Positions 1 through 14,474 of a DNA stretch of 64,000 nt are shown here, in pieces. The stretch is taken from the NCBI GenBank assembly GCA_964016885.1, contig OZ024741.1, forward strand, positions 25,296,001 through 25,360,000, given 5' to 3'. Under the pieces are notes generated by a model. The model saw nothing but the letters and a program-made list of their open reading frames with translations, searched no databases and was not told the origin of the DNA. Every line of letters starts with the position of its first letter. The first letter of the stretch is position 1. The position numbers were made by a program, and so were the translations under genes. The stretch comes from Eledone cirrhosa. Taxonomy: Eukaryota.

Positions 1-3000
1 AGTAGTGGTACCACAACAACAGTAGTGGTACCAACAACAGTAGTGGTACCAACAACAACAGTAGTGGTACCAACAACAGTAGTGGTACCAACAACAGTAG
101 TGGTACCAACAACAACAGTAGTGGTACCAACAACAACAGTAGTGGTACCAACAACAGTAGTGGTACCAACAACAGTAGTGGTACCAACAACAGTAGTGGT
201 ACCAACAACAGTAGTGGTACCAACAACAGTAGTGGTACCAACAACAGTAGTGGTACCAACAACAACAGTAGTGGTACCAACAACAGTAGTGGTACCAACA
301 ACAACAGTAGTGGTACCAACAACAACAGTAGTGGTACCAACAACAACAGTAGTGGTACCAACAACAGTAGTGGTACCAACAACAACAGTAGTGGTACCAA
401 CAACAGTAGTGGTACCAACAACAGTAGTGGTACCAACAACAGTAGTGGTACCAACAACAACAGTAGTGGTACCAACAACAGTAGTGGTACCAACAACAAC
501 AGTAGTGGTACCAACAACAGTAGTGGTACCAACAACACAGTAGTGGTACCAACAACAACAGTAGTGGTACCAACAACAGTAGTGGTACCAACAACAACAG
601 TAGTGGTACCAACAACAGTAGTGGTACCAACAACAACAGTAGTGGTACCAACAACAGTAGTGGTACCAACAACAGTAGTGGTACCAACAACAACAGTAGT
701 GGTACCACAACAACAGTAGTGGTACCAACAACAACAGTAGTGGTACCAACAACAACAGTAGTGGTACCAACAACAACAGTAGTGGTACCAACAACAGTAG
801 TGGTACCAACAACAGTAGTGGTACCAACAACAGTAGTGGTACCAACAACAACAGTAGTGGTACCAACAACAACAGTAGTGGTACCAACAACAACAGTAGT
901 GGTACCAACAACAACAGTAGTGGTACCAACAACAGTAGTGGTACCAACAACAACAGTAGTGGTACCAACAACAACAGTAGTGGTACCAACAACAGTAGTG
1001 GTACCAACAACAACAGTAGTGGTACCAACACACAGTAGTGGTACCAACAACAACAGTAGTGGTACCAACAACAACAGTAGTGGTACCAACAACAGTAGTG
1101 GTACCAACAACAGTAGTGGTACCAACAACAACAGTAGTGGTACCAACAACAACAGTAGTGGTACCAACAACAGTAGTGGTACCAACAACAACAGTAGTGG
1201 TACCAACAACAGTAGTGGTACCAACAACAACAGTAGTGGTACCAACAACAGTAGTGGTACCAACAACAACAGTAGTGGTACCAACAACAACAGTAGTGGT
1301 ACCAACAACAGTAGTGGTACCAACAACAGTAGTGGTACCAACAACAACAGTAGTGGTACCAACAACAGTAGTGGTACCAACAACAACAGTAGTGGTACCA
1401 ACAACAACAGTAGTGGTACCAACAACAGTAGTGGTACCAACAACAACAGTAGTGGTACCAACAACAGTAGTGCTACCAACAACAACAGTAGTGGTACCAA
1501 CAACAACAGTAGTGGTACCAACAACAGTAGTGGTACCAACAACAACAGTAGTGGTACCAACAACAACAGTAGTGGTACCAACAACAGTAGAGTACCAACA
1601 ACAACAGTAGTGGCACCAACAACAACAGTAGTGGTACGAACAACAGTAGTGGTACCAACAACAACAGTAGTGGTACCAACAACAACAGTAGTGGTACCAA
1701 CAACAGTAGTGGTACCAACAACAACAGTAGTGGTACCAACAACAGTAGTGGTACCAACAACAACAGTAGTGGTACCAACAACAGTAGTGGTACCAACAAC
1801 AACAGTAGTGGTACCAACAACAGTAGTGGTACCAACAACAACAGTAGTGGTACCAACAACAGTAGTGGTACCAACAACAACAGTAGTGGTACCAACAACA
1901 GTAGTGGTACCAACAACAACAGTAGTGGTACCAACAACAGTAGTGGTACCAACACAACAGTAGTGGTACCAACAACAACAGTAGTGCTACCAACAACAAC
2001 AGTAGTGGTACCAACAACAACAGTAGTGGTACCAACAACAGTAGTGGTACCAACAACAACAGTAGTGGTACCAACAACAACAGTAGTGGTACCAACAACA
2101 GTAGTGGTACCAACAACAACAGTAGTGGTACCAACAACAGTAGTGGTACCAACAACAGTAGTGGTACCAACAACAACAGTAGTGGTACCAACAACAGTAG
2201 TGGTACCAACAACAACAGTAGTGGTACCAACAACAGTAGTGGTACCAACAACAGTAGTGGTACCAACAACAACAGTAGTGGTACCAACAACAGTAGTGGT
2301 ACCAACAACAACAGTAGTGGTACCAACAACAACAGTAGTGGTACCAACAACAACAGTAGTGGTACCAACAACAGTAGTGGTACCAACAACAGTAGTGGTA
2401 CCAACAACAACAGTAGTGGTACCAACAACAGTAGTGGTACCAACAACAACAGTAGTGCTACCAACAACAGAGTAGTGGTACCAACAACAGTAGTGGTACC
2501 AACAACAACAGTAGTGGTACCAACAACAGTAGTGGTACCAACAACAACAGTAGTGCTACCAACAACAACAGTAGTGGTACCAACAACAACAGTAGTGGTA
2601 CCAACAACAGTAGTGGTACCAACAACAACAGTAGTGGTACCAACAACAACAGTAGTGGTACCAACAACAGTAGTGGTACCAACAACAACAGTAGTGGTAC
2701 CAACAACAACAGTAGTGGTACCAACAACAGTAGTGGTACCAACAACAACAGTAGTGGTACCAACAACAACAGTAGTGGTACCAACAACAACAGTAGTGGT
2801 ACCAACAACAGTAGTGGTACAACAACAACAGTAGTGGTACAACAACAACAGTAGTACCAACAACAACAGTAGTGGTACCAACAACAACAGTAGTACCAAC
2901 AACAACAGTAGTGGTACCAACAACAACAGTAGTGGTACCAACAACAGTAGTACCAACAACAACAGTAGTGGTACCAACAACAACAGTAGTGGTACCAACA

Positions 3001-6000
3001 ACAACAGTAGTGGTACCAACAACAACAGCAGTGGTACCAACAACAACAGTAGTGGTACCAACAACAGTAGTGGTACCAACAACAACAGTAGTGGTACCAA
3101 CAACAACAGTAGTGGTACCAACAACAACAGTAGTGGTACCAACAACAGTAGTGGTACCAACAACAACAGCAGTGGTACCAACAACAGTAGTGGTACCAAC
3201 AACAGTAGTGGTACCAACAACAACAGTAGTGGTACCAACAACAGCAGTGGTACCAACAACAACAGTAGTGGTACCAACAACAGTAGTGGTACCAACAACA
3301 ACAGCAGTGGTACCAACAACAGTAGTGGTACCAACAACAGTAGTGGTACCAACAACAACAGTAGTGGTACCAACAACAACAGCAGTGGTACCAACAACAA
3401 CAGTAGTGGTACCAACAACAGTAGTGGTACCAACAACAACAGCAGTGGTACCAACAACAACAGTAGTGGTACCAACAACAACAGTAGTGGTACCAACAAC
3501 AACAGTAGTGGTACCAACAACAGTAGTGGTACCAACAACAACAGTAGTGGTACCAACAACAGTAGTGGTACCAACAACAACAGTAGTGTTACCAACAACA
3601 GTAGTGGTACCAACAACAGCAGTGGTACCAACAACAGTAGTTGCACCAACAACAACAGTAGTGGTACCAACAACAGTAGTGGTACCAACAACAACAGTAG
3701 TGTTACCAACAACAGTAGTGGTACCAACAACAGCAGTGGTACCAACAACAACAGTAGTGGCACCAACAACAACAGTAGTGGTACCAACAACAGCAGTAGT
3801 GGTACCAACAACAGTAGTGGTACCAACAACAGCAGTGGTACCAACAACAGTAGTGGTACCAACAACAACAGTAGTGGTACCAACAACAGTAGTGGTACCA
3901 ACAACAGTAGTGGTACCAACAACAACAGTAGTGGTACCAACAACAGTAGTGGTACCAACAACAACAGTAGTGGTGCCAACAACAACAGCAGTGGTACCAA
4001 CAACAACAGTAGTGGTACCAACAACAACAGTAGTGGTACCAACAACAGTAGTGGTACCAACAACAGTAGTGGTACCAACAACAACAGTAGTGGTACCAAC
4101 AACAGTAGTGGTACCAACAACAGTAGTGGTACCAACAACAACAGTAGTGGTACCAACAACAGTAGTGGTACCAACAACAGTAGTGGTACCAACAACAACA
4201 GTAGTGCTACCAACAACAGTAGTGGTACCAACAACAACAGTAGTGGTACCAACAACAGTAGTGGTACCAACAACAGTAGTGGTACCAACAACAACAGTAG
4301 TGGTGCCAACAACAGTAGTGGTACCAACAACAGTAGTGGTACCAACAACAGTAGTGGTACCAACAACAACAGTAGTGCTACCAACAACAACAGTAGTGGT
4401 ACCAACAACAACAGTAGTGGTACCAACAACAGTAGTGGTACCAACAACAACAGTAGTGGTACCAACAACAACAGTAGTGGTACCAACAACAGTAGTGGTA
4501 CCAACAACAACAGTAGTGGTACCAACAACAACAGCAGTGGTACCAACAACAGTAGTGGTACCAACAACAGTAGTGGTACCAACAACAGTAGTGGTACCAA
4601 CAACAGTAGTGGTACCAACAACAGTAGTGGTACCAACAACAGTAGTGGTACCAACAACAACAGTAGTGGTACCAACAACAGTAGTGGTACCAACAACAAC
4701 AGTAGTGGTACCAACAACAACAGTAGTGGTACCAACAACAACAGTAGTGGTCCCAACAACAGTAGTGGTACCAACAACAACAGTAGTGGTACCAACAACA
4801 GTAGTGGTACCAACAACAGTAGTGGTACCAACAACAGTAGTGGTACCAACAACAACAGTAGTGGTACCAACAACAGTAGTGGTACCAACAACAACAGTAG
4901 TGGTACCAACAACAGTAGTGGTACCAACAACAACAGTAGTGGTACCAACAACAACAGTAGTGGTACCAACAACAGTAGTGGTACCAACAACAACAGTAGT
5001 GCTACCAACAACAGTAGTGGTACCAACAACAACAGTAGTGGTACCAACAACAGTAGTGGTACCAACAACAGTAGTGGTACCAACAACAACAGTAGTGGTA
5101 CCAACAACAGTAGTGGTACCAACAACAGTAGTGGTACCAACAACAACAGTAGTGCTACCAACAACAACAGTAGTGGTACCAACAACAACAGTAGTGGTAC
5201 CAACAACAGTAGTGCTACCAACAACAGTAGTGGTACCAACAACAGTAGTGGTACCAACAACAGTAGTGGTACCAACAACAACAGTAGTGGTACCAACAAC
5301 AACAGTAGTGGTACCAACAACAACAGTAGTGGTACCAACAACAGTAGTGCTACCAACAACAACAGTAGTGGTACCAACAACAACATTAGTGGTACCAACA
5401 ACAGTAGTGGTACCAACAACAACAGTAGTGGTACCAACAACAACAGTAGTGGTACCAACAACAACAGTAGTGGTACCAACGACAACAGTAGTGGTACCAA
5501 CAACAGTAGTGGTACCAACAACAGTAGTGCTACCAACAACAACAGTAGTGGTACCAACAACAACAGTAGTGGTACCAACAACAGTAGTGGTACCAACAAC
5601 AACAGTAGTGGTACCAACAACAGTAGTGGTACCAACAACAACAGTAGTGGTACCAACAACAGTAGTGGTACCAACAACAACAGTAGTGGTACCAACAACA
5701 ACAGTAGTGGTACCAACAACAACAGTAGTGGTACCAACAACAGTAGTGGTACCAACAACAACAGTAGTGGTACCAACAACAGTAGTGGTACCAACAACAA
5801 CAGTAGTGGTACCAACAACAACAGTAGTGGTACCAACAACAGTAGTGGTACCAACAACAACAGTAGTGGTACCAACAACAGTAGTGCTACCAACAACAAC
5901 AGTAGTGGTACCAACAACAACAGTAGTGGTACCAACAACAGTAGTGGTACCAACAACAACAGTAGTGGTACCAACAACAACAGTAGTGGTACCAACAACA

Positions 6001-9000
6001 GTAGAGTACCAACAACAACAGTAGTGGCACCAACAACAACAGTAGTGGTACGAACAACAGTAGTGGTACCAACAACAACAGTAGTGGTACCAACAACAAC
6101 AGTAGTGGTACCAACAACAGTAGTGGTACCAACAACAACAGTAGTGGTACCAACAACAGTAGTGGTACCAACAACAACAGTAGTGTTACCAACAACAACA
6201 GTAGTGGTACCAACAACAACAGTAGTGGTACCAACAACAGTAGTGGTACCAACAACAACAGTAGTGGTACCAACAACAGTAGTGGTACCAACAACAACAG
6301 TAGTGGTACCAACAACAGTAGTGGTACCAACAACAACAGTAGTGGTACCAACAACAGTAGTGGTACCAACAACAACAGTAGTGGTACCAACAACAGTAGT
6401 GGTACCAACAACAACAGTAGTGGTACCAACAACAGTAGTGGTACCAACAACAGTAGTGGTACCAACAACAACAGTAGTGCTACCAACAACAACAGTAGTG
6501 GTACCAACAACAACAGTAGTGGTACCAACAACAGTAGTGGTACCAACAACAACAGTAGTGGTACCAACAACAACAGTAGTGGTACCAACAACAGTAGTGG
6601 TACCAACAACAACAGTAGTGGTACCAACAACAGTAGTGGTACCAACAACAGTAGTGGTACCAACAACAACAGTAGTGGTACCAACAACAGTAGTGGTACC
6701 AACAACAGTAGTGGTACCAACAACAGTAGTGGTACCAACAACAACAGTAGTGGTACCAACAACAGTAGTGGTACCAACAACAGTAGTGGTACCAACAACA
6801 ACAGTAGTGGTACCAACAACAACAGTAGTGGTACCAACAACAACAGTAGTGGTACCAACAACAGTAGTGGTACCAACAACAGTAGTGGTACCAACAACAA
6901 CAGTAGTGGTACCAACAACAACAGTAGTGCTACCAACAACAACAGTAGTGGTACCAACAACAACAGTAGTGGTACCAACAACAGTAGTGGTACCAACAAC
7001 AACAGTAGTGGTACCAACAACAACAGTAGTGGTACCAACAACAGTAGTGGTACCAACAACAACAGTAGTGGTACCAACAACAACAGTAGTGGTACCAACA
7101 ACAGTAGTGGTACCAACAACAACAGTAGTGGTACCAACAACAACAGTAGTGGTACCAACAACAACAGTAGTGGTACCAACAACAGTAGTGGTACAACAAC
7201 AACAGTAGTGGCACAACAACAACAGTAGTACCAACAACAACAGTAGTGGTACCAACAACAACAGTAGTACCAACAACAACAGTAGTGGTACCAACAACAA
7301 CAGTAGTGGTACCAACAACAGTAGTACCAACAACAACAGTAGTGGTACCAACAACAACAGTAGTGGTACCAACAACAACAGTAGTGGTACCAACAACAGT
7401 AGTGGTACCAACAACAACAGTAGTACCAACAACAACAGTAGTGGTACCAACAACAGTAGTGGTACCAACAACAACAGTAGTGGTACCAACAACAGTAGTA
7501 CCAACAACAGTAGTGGTACCAACAACAGTAGTGCTACCAACAACAGTAGTGGTACCAACAACAACAGTAGTGGTACCAACAACAACAGTAGTGGTACCAA
7601 CAACAACAGTAGTACCAACAACAGTAGTGGTACCAACAACAGTAGTGGTACCAACAACAACAGTAGTGGTACCAACAACAGTAGTGGTACCAACAACAAC
7701 AGTAGTGGTACCAACAACAGTAGTGGTACCAACAACAGTAGTGGTACCAACAACAACAGTAGTGTTACCAACAACAGTAGTGGTACCAACAACAACAGTA
7801 GTGGTACCAACAACAGTAGTGGTACCAACAACAACAGTAGTGGTACCAACAACAGTAGTGGTACCAACAACAACAGTAGTGGTACCAACAACAGTAGTGG
7901 TACCAACAACAACAGTAGTGGTACCAACAACAACAGTAGTGGTACCAACAACAGTAGTGGTACCAACAACAGTAGTGGTACCAACAACAGTAGTGGTACC
8001 AACAACAACAGTAGTGGTACCAACAACAGTAGTGGTACCAACAACAACAGTAGTGCTACCAACAACAACAGTAGTGGTACCAACAACAACAGTAGTGGTA
8101 CCAACAACAGTAGTGCTACCAACAACAACAGTAGTGGTACCAACAACAACAGTAGTGGTACCAACAACAGTAGTGGTACCAACAACAACAGTAGTGGTAC
8201 CAACAACAACAGTAGTGGTACCAACAACAGTAGTGGTACCAACAACAACAGTAGTGGTACCAACAACAGTAGTGGTACCAACAACAACAGTAGTGGTACC
8301 AACAACAGTAGTGGTACCAACAACAACAGTAGTGGTACCAACAACAACAGTAGTGGTACCAACAACAGTAGTGGTACCAACAACAACAGTAGTGGTACCA
8401 ACAACAGTAGTGGTACCAACAACAACAGTAGTGGTACCAACAACAGTAGTGGTACCAACAACAACAGTAGTGGTACCAACAACAACAGTAGTGGTACCAA
8501 CAACAGTAGTGGTACCAACAACAACAGTAGTGGTACCAACAACAGTAGTGGTACCAACAACAACAGTAGTGTTACCAACAACAGTAGTGGTACCAACAAC
8601 AACAGTAGTGGTACCAACAACAGTAGTGGTACCAACAACAACAGTAGTGGTACCAACAACAACAGTAGTGGTACCAACAACAGTAGTGGTACCAACAACA
8701 ACAGTAGTGGTACCAACAACAACAGTAGTGGTACCAACAACAGTAGTGGTACCAACAACAACAGTAGTGGTACCAACAACAGTAGTGGTACCAACAACAA
8801 CAGTAGTGGTACCAACAACAGTAGTGGTACCAACAACAACAGTAGTGCTACCAACAACAACAGTAGTGGTACCAACAACAACAGTACTGGTACCAACAAC
8901 AGTAGTGGTACCAACAACAACAGTAGTGGTACCAACAACAGTAGTGGTACCAACAACAACAGTAGTGGTACCAACAACAGTAGTGGTACCAACAACAACA

Positions 9001-11110
9001 GTAGTGGTACCAACAACAGTAGTGGTACCAACAACAGTAGTGGTACCAACAACAACAGTAGTGGTACCAACAACAGTAGTGGTACAACAACAACAGTAGT
9101 GGTACAACAACAACAGTAGTACCAACAACAACAGTAGTGGTACCAACAACAACAGTAGTACCAACAACAACAGTAGTGGTACCAACAACAACAGTAGTGG
9201 TACCAACAACAGTAGTACCAACAACAACAGTAGTGGTACCAACAACAACAGTAGTGGTACCAACAACAACAGTAGTGGTACCAACAACAGTAGTGGTACC
9301 AACAACAACAGTAGTACCAACAACAACAGTAGTGGTACCAACAACAGTAGTGGTACCAACAACAACAGTAGTGCTACCAACAACAACAGTAGTGGTACCA
9401 ACAACAGTAGTGGTACCAACAACAGTAGTGGTACCAACAACAGTAGTGGTACCAACAACAGTAGTGGTACCAACAACAGTAGTGGTACCAACAACAACAG
9501 TAGTGGTACCAACAACAACAGTAGTGGTACCAACAACAACAGTAGTGGTACCAACAACAGTAGTACCAACAACAGTAGTGGTACCAACAACAACAGTAGT
9601 GGTACCAACAACAGTAGTGGTACCAACAACAACAGTAGTGCTACCAACAACAACAGTAGTGGTACCAACAACAGTAGTGGTACCAACAACAACAGTAGTG
9701 GTACCAACAACAGTAGTGGTACCAACAACAACAGTAGTGCTACCAACAACAACAGTAGTGGTACCAACAACAGTAGTGGTACCAACAACAACAGTAGTGT
9801 TACCAACAACAGTAGTGGTACCAACAACAGTAGTGGTACCAACAACAACAGTAGTGGTACCAACAACAGTAGTGGTACCAACAACAGTAGTGGTACCAAC
9901 AACAACAGTAGTGGTACCAACAACAGTAGTGGTACCAACAACAGTAGTGGTACCAACAACAACAGTAGTGTTACCAACAACAGTAGTGGTACCAACAACA
10001 ACAGTAGTGGTACCAACAACAGTAGTGGTACCAACAACAACAGTAGTGGTACCAACAACAGTAGTGGTACCAACAACAGTAGTGGTACCAACAACAACAG
10101 TAGTGGTACCAACAACAGTAGTGGTACCAACAACAACAGTAGTGGCACCAACAACAACAGTAGTGGTACCAACAACAGTAGTGGTACCAACAACAACAGT
10201 AGTGGTACCAACAACAGTAGTGGTACCAACAACAACAGTAGTGGTACCAACAACAACAGTAGTGGTACCAACAACAGTAGTGGTACCAACAACAACAGTA
10301 GTGGTACCAACAACAGTAGTGGTACCAACAACAGTAGTGGTACCAACAACAACAGTAGTGGTACCAACAACAGTAGTGGTACCAACAACAGTAGTGGTAC
10401 CAACAACAACAGTAGTGCTATCAACAACAACAGTAGTGGTACCAACAACAGTAGTGGTACCAACAACAGTAGTGCTACCAACAACAACAGTAGTGGTACC
10501 AACAACAACAGTAGTGGTACCAACAACAGTAGTGGTACCAACAACAACAGTAGTGGTACTAACAACAGTAGTGGTACCAACAACAACAGTAGTGGTACCA
10601 ACAACAACAGTAGTGGTACCAACAACAACAGTAGTGGTACCAACTACAGTAGTGGTACCAACAACAACAGTAGTGGTACCAACAACAACAGTAGTGGTAC
10701 CAACAACAACAGTAGTGGTACCAACAACAGTAGTGGTACAACAACAGTAGTGGTACAACAACAACAGTAGTACCAACAACAACAGTAGTGGTACCAACAA
10801 CAACAGTAGTACCAACAACAACAGTAGTGGTACCAACAACAACAGTAGTGGTACCAACAACAACAGTAGTGGTACCAACAACAGTAGTGGTACCAACAAC
10901 AACAGTAGTGGTACCAACAACAGTAGTGGTACCAACAACAACAGTAGTGGTACCAACAACAACAGTAGTACCAACAACAACAGTAGTGGTACCAACAACA
11001 ACAGTAGTGGTACCAACAACAACAGTAGTGGTACCAACAACAGTAGTACCAACAACAGTAGTGGTACCAACAACAACAGTAGTGGTACCAATAACTGTAG
11101 TGGTGGTACC
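1..11110. repeat. Satellite 1: AGTAGTGGTACC(AAC)2-3, 18/21-bp units (left end lies outside the window)
   Basis: Continuous tandem array with GGTACC in almost every unit. It decays into irregular AAC/CAC-rich sequence at about 11090-11310. Confidence 0.99.
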
Positions 11111-11329
11111 AACAATTAACACTAGTGCCAATACCACCATCACCACAAAGTGAACAGTGAACACTAGTACCACAGCCGTCACCTCATTCCTGAACACTAG
11201 TACAACTGCCACCACCATCACAATAAAACATACAATATAAACAAGCAACAACACAAACAACAACAACAACAGTAGCTGTGACAAACGCAAAAGCAACAAC
11301 TACAACAAAAACAATTAAAAATTGGTTCC

Positions 11330-11880
11330 TATTCCAGCTTCTACTAATTCTGATGTTTCTCAGACATACCTGCAACTTTACCATTCTTCATCTGCTGGTC
11401 CCTCTTTTCGGGGGTAACTCCCTTCTTCCCATTACTTAACCTCTCATTGTAGTATTTCCAGACCTCTTTCTTTTGAGTATCAGTGATGCTAAGGGCACCA
11501 GCTTCATTTCAAACACACTTTTCCCCATCAACATTCTGATTCATACTGATACGCTGCCTTGCAATCCAGAACACCTCACGTTGGAAGACATTGGCAAACC
11601 TCCTTCTTTCAACCTCTTTTCGTGCTATGTATACCTGTGGCATAGCCCCTCTTTTCGCTGCCAGGTACTTTGACTTTGCTGCCCCTATTTTTCCAGTTTT
11701 CCACACCTGTCTCTTGTCTTTAATGGCTCTATCTACTGCACTATTCCACCACCAAGTCACCTTCTGTATGGCTCCAGTCACAAGTCTTTTCAGTAGTCTG
11801 TAGTAGGTTATCACGTAAGAACTTCCAATTATCTTCTATATCATGTATCTATCTCATCTTCCTTCTCATATAACTCATGT
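11330..11880 (-). mobile_element. Degenerate RTE-type LINE fragment (endonuclease-RT linker)
   Basis: Translates KVTWWWNSAVDRAIKDKRQVWK...EVFWIARQ...GEKCV, homologous to the linker of the RTE copy at 23326-23760. Frameshifted. Confidence 0.8.
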
Positions 11881-11989
11881 AAAGCTTTCCTGAACTTAAA
11901 CTTAACAGAAAGATTATCCAGTCTTTTATTCAAGCATAGCATATCTAGGATTACATTATCCAATGTGCCCTTGCTTTTTTAAAACAGTA

Positions 11990-12430
11990 TACCATCATTG
12001 TGCTTCCCACAGCCATCTACTCCTGCGGAACATGGAAACACTCTGCCAAGACAGATAGGTGCCTAAACACTTTCCATCAAAGGTGACAGCATTCTAAAGG
12101 TCAGGCAAGATTGGGTTAGGAACAAAGAGATCCAGGGTCGCATACAATGCAGGAGATCGTCACAGAGCGTCGGTTCCATTTTGCAAGTCACAAATCACAT
12201 TCTGCACCTCCTAGAACACTGCCTGTCCCAAACAGTGATGATGTGGACTTTTCCTGAAATCAAGCAGGTAAGAGGCTGACTGGAGATGACCTGGCGGCAG
12301 ACATTCCAAAGTGACCTACAAACTGTCAACATCACCTAGCATGGATGTCAACGAGCTGCCGTCGACTGACAGCATTGGAGACGATTGGTTGACTTATGTT
12401 CCCAACGGAACAAGCCGGACTAAGAGCTAA
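11990..12430 (+). mobile_element. 5'-truncated LINE 3' fragment (RT C-terminal region)
   Basis: VLPTAIYSCGTWKHSAKTDRCLNTFHQR... WRQTFQSDL... WRRLVDLCSQRN resembles the RTE/BovB-like C-terminus. It ends in short CTAAG repeats. Confidence 0.7.
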
Positions 12431-12712
12431 GGGTATGGTTTAAGGGCCATTGTCAGTTATTTCTAGCAGGTCATACATCCAATGTGCCCTTCCATTTCTA
12501 AAATAGTAAGGTATGGTTTGAGAGGTCATTGTCTGCTATTTCTAGCAGGTCACACATCTAATGTGCCCTTCATTTTTTAAACAGTAAGGTATGGTTTGAG
12601 GGGGTCATTGCTGCTATTTTTAGTAGGTTACACATCTAATGTGCCCTTCCATTTCTAAAACAGTAAGGTATAGTTTGAGGGGTCATTGCTGCTATTTCTA
12701 GCAGGTCACACA
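12428..12712. repeat. Tandem repeat, about 78-bp unit, about 3.6 copies (plus a partial unit at 11940-11990)
   Basis: GTATGGTTTGAG..GTCATTG.CTGCTATTTCTAGCAGGTCACACATCTAATGTGCCCTTCCATTTCTAAAACAGTAAG recurs at about 12433, 12511, 12589 and 12668. Confidence 0.9.
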
Positions 12713-13017
12713 ATGATGTAGAAGTCCCCAAGCTGCCTGTTTTATGTTCAGTGAAGATTAACAAGTTAGACATAGAGCCTAACATCGTGGACCATAGCTC
12801 TGCAAAGTACAACATCAACACAAATAAGAAATAACAAAAATGACAAGATAACAAGAACAGGTAATTAACGTTCACCTTTAATTAAAGAAAACAATTGTAT
12901 ATTTTGTTGTTTTTTTCTTTTATTATTAACATTTCAGAACATAATTACTAGATAAAGAAAATGTCAGAGTATTTACTGTGAAAAAAGAACTATTTTCCTG
13001 TCAATCCACTTGGTGTA

Positions 13018-13023
13018 TTTATA

Positions 13024-13077
<54 letters not shown>

Positions 13078-13100
13078 TATATATATATATACATACACAT
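13018..13100. repeat. Compound (TG)n(TA)n(CA)n microsatellite
   Basis: Directly visible dinucleotide runs. Confidence 0.95.
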
Positions 13101-13520
13101 GTTTCCATGACCTCATAGAAGAGAAACAAATGAGGCAAATAACTTTCTCATTAATATATGTTATAACTGAGACAGTATAACTGTGTATAATATAGGTTTA
13201 CAAGTGATCAGCAAAGCTACTCAAGGACTGACAAACATCAACAAAGTTGTGGAGATCTACGTAAGGTACTGTAGGTGAAAGCTGGAGATCTATGCAAGAT
13301 AGGAACTGCAAGTGGCAACTAGAGTGAGGGTAATTACTATTAGTAAGAGCATAAAATGGAGGGCAAATAAACTGAGCAAGTTGAGTGCCACAGCTGAAGA
13401 CTTTAGAGCTGTGACTCCCGACAATCCTCTGCTCTACTTTTTTATACTGGCATGGGTTGAATGAGACTTTTAGGGGCAGTATTTCACAGACAGATGCTCT
13501 TCCTGATGCCAAAACCCTTA

Positions 13521-13526
13521 TTTATT
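13521..13526 (-). promoter_or_regulatory. Candidate polyadenylation signal AATAAA for NDUFS1
   Basis: TTTATT on the + strand about 250 nt downstream of the stop. A second candidate lies at 12919-12924. The cleavage site cannot be verified from sequence alone. Confidence 0.35.
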
Positions 13527-13772
13527 TTGAAATATGGCACTTATTCTGATTTTCACTTCACTTTAAAAAGCCATTCAACTGAGTGAGTTTGTCAATACTG
13601 TTGAGCTTTGAAAGTAATCTTAACTTTAGAAATAAAACCTAGGCATTGGTCAGAGCTAAACTTAAACAACAAACATTTTGTTTTACAAAATAATAATAAT
13701 CTGAGTCTTATAAAGATAAACCAAAGAGATGTTATTTTTTAATATAATTGGAAGGAAACTAAACTGTGTTTC

Positions 13773-13916
13773 TCAATAACGACTAGGGATAGAGGCTGCT
13801 TTCACACATTTTGACATGGTCTGAGATGCTCGACTGATGGAATCGGTCATGTAGAACTCACTCAGTTTCGTCAGTTGAGGTTTCAGAGGGTCTGGCAATA
13901 AGTCAGATTGGGTTAA
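13773..13916 (-). CDS. NDUFS1: NDUFS1 last coding exon H (ends at TGA stop)
   Basis: TTCTAG acceptor, [47 protein letters not shown]. Contains the conserved C-terminal motif [18 protein letters not shown]. Confidence 0.96.
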   Translation of the reverse strand, partial: LTQSDLLPDPLKPQLTKLSEFYMTDSISRASQTMSKCVKAASIPSRY

Positions 13917-14271
13917 CTAGAAAACAAACAAAAAATTAAAATTAAAATTAAAAGACAACACCCCCCCCCCCCCCTCCAAAAAAAAAACAACAACCATTGC
14001 TGTCATTATATTTGAGACGACGACAACATTCTCATCCTCATTATTTAATGTCTGTTTTATCTGCTAGCAATGGCTGGATAAGCCGTCAAAGGCCAAGTCA
14101 GTACTTAATCGGAGCTACTGACCTCTCAGATAGACTGCCCCCCCCCCCCCCCCCCCCCATTCTGCTCACATATATTCCCACATTCTACAAGGGTACATTT
14201 TAGCATGGTACCAGCACTAGGGAAGTTGTTATGTGTCTGACACAATTGAAGAGTCCTCTTGAACTTTTGTT

Positions 14272-14474
14272 TGGCAAGTTTACTATAGCTGGAAGCTCTT
14301 CCTATCACCAACCACTCTACAAAGTGTACTGGGTATATTTTATCATATCACCAACATTAGAGAGGTTGTTCCTGTGACACAACTGACTTTGTCAAGTTTA
14401 CTACAGCTGGAAGTTCTTCCTATCACCAACCACTCTACAAAGTGTACTGGGTATATTTTACCATGTCACCAACC
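14272..14474. repeat. Direct duplication (period about 120 bp) of a short-element segment
   Basis: CAAGTTTACTAYAGCTGGAAGYTCTTCCTATCACCAACCACTCTACAAAGTGTACTGGGTATATTTTA occurs twice. Confidence 0.85.

Noticed and set aside
1-11110. Telomeric or subtelomeric array
   Set aside because: There is no TTAGGG-type repeat, and the left boundary is outside the window so chromosomal position cannot be judged.
25-11153. Mucin-like V/P/T ORFs up to 1050 aa, and reverse-strand L/V/P or G/T/V ORFs
   Set aside because: Units of 18/21 bp keep frames open automatically. Frameshifting variants occur repeatedly, there is almost no synonymous variation, and no signal peptide, unique domain or splice context is visible.
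13960-14158. Poly-C runs (G-runs in the transcript) near the last acceptor as splicing enhancers
   Set aside because: Homopolymers are common in this repeat-rich DNA and their lengths are error-prone. Nothing else supports a function.
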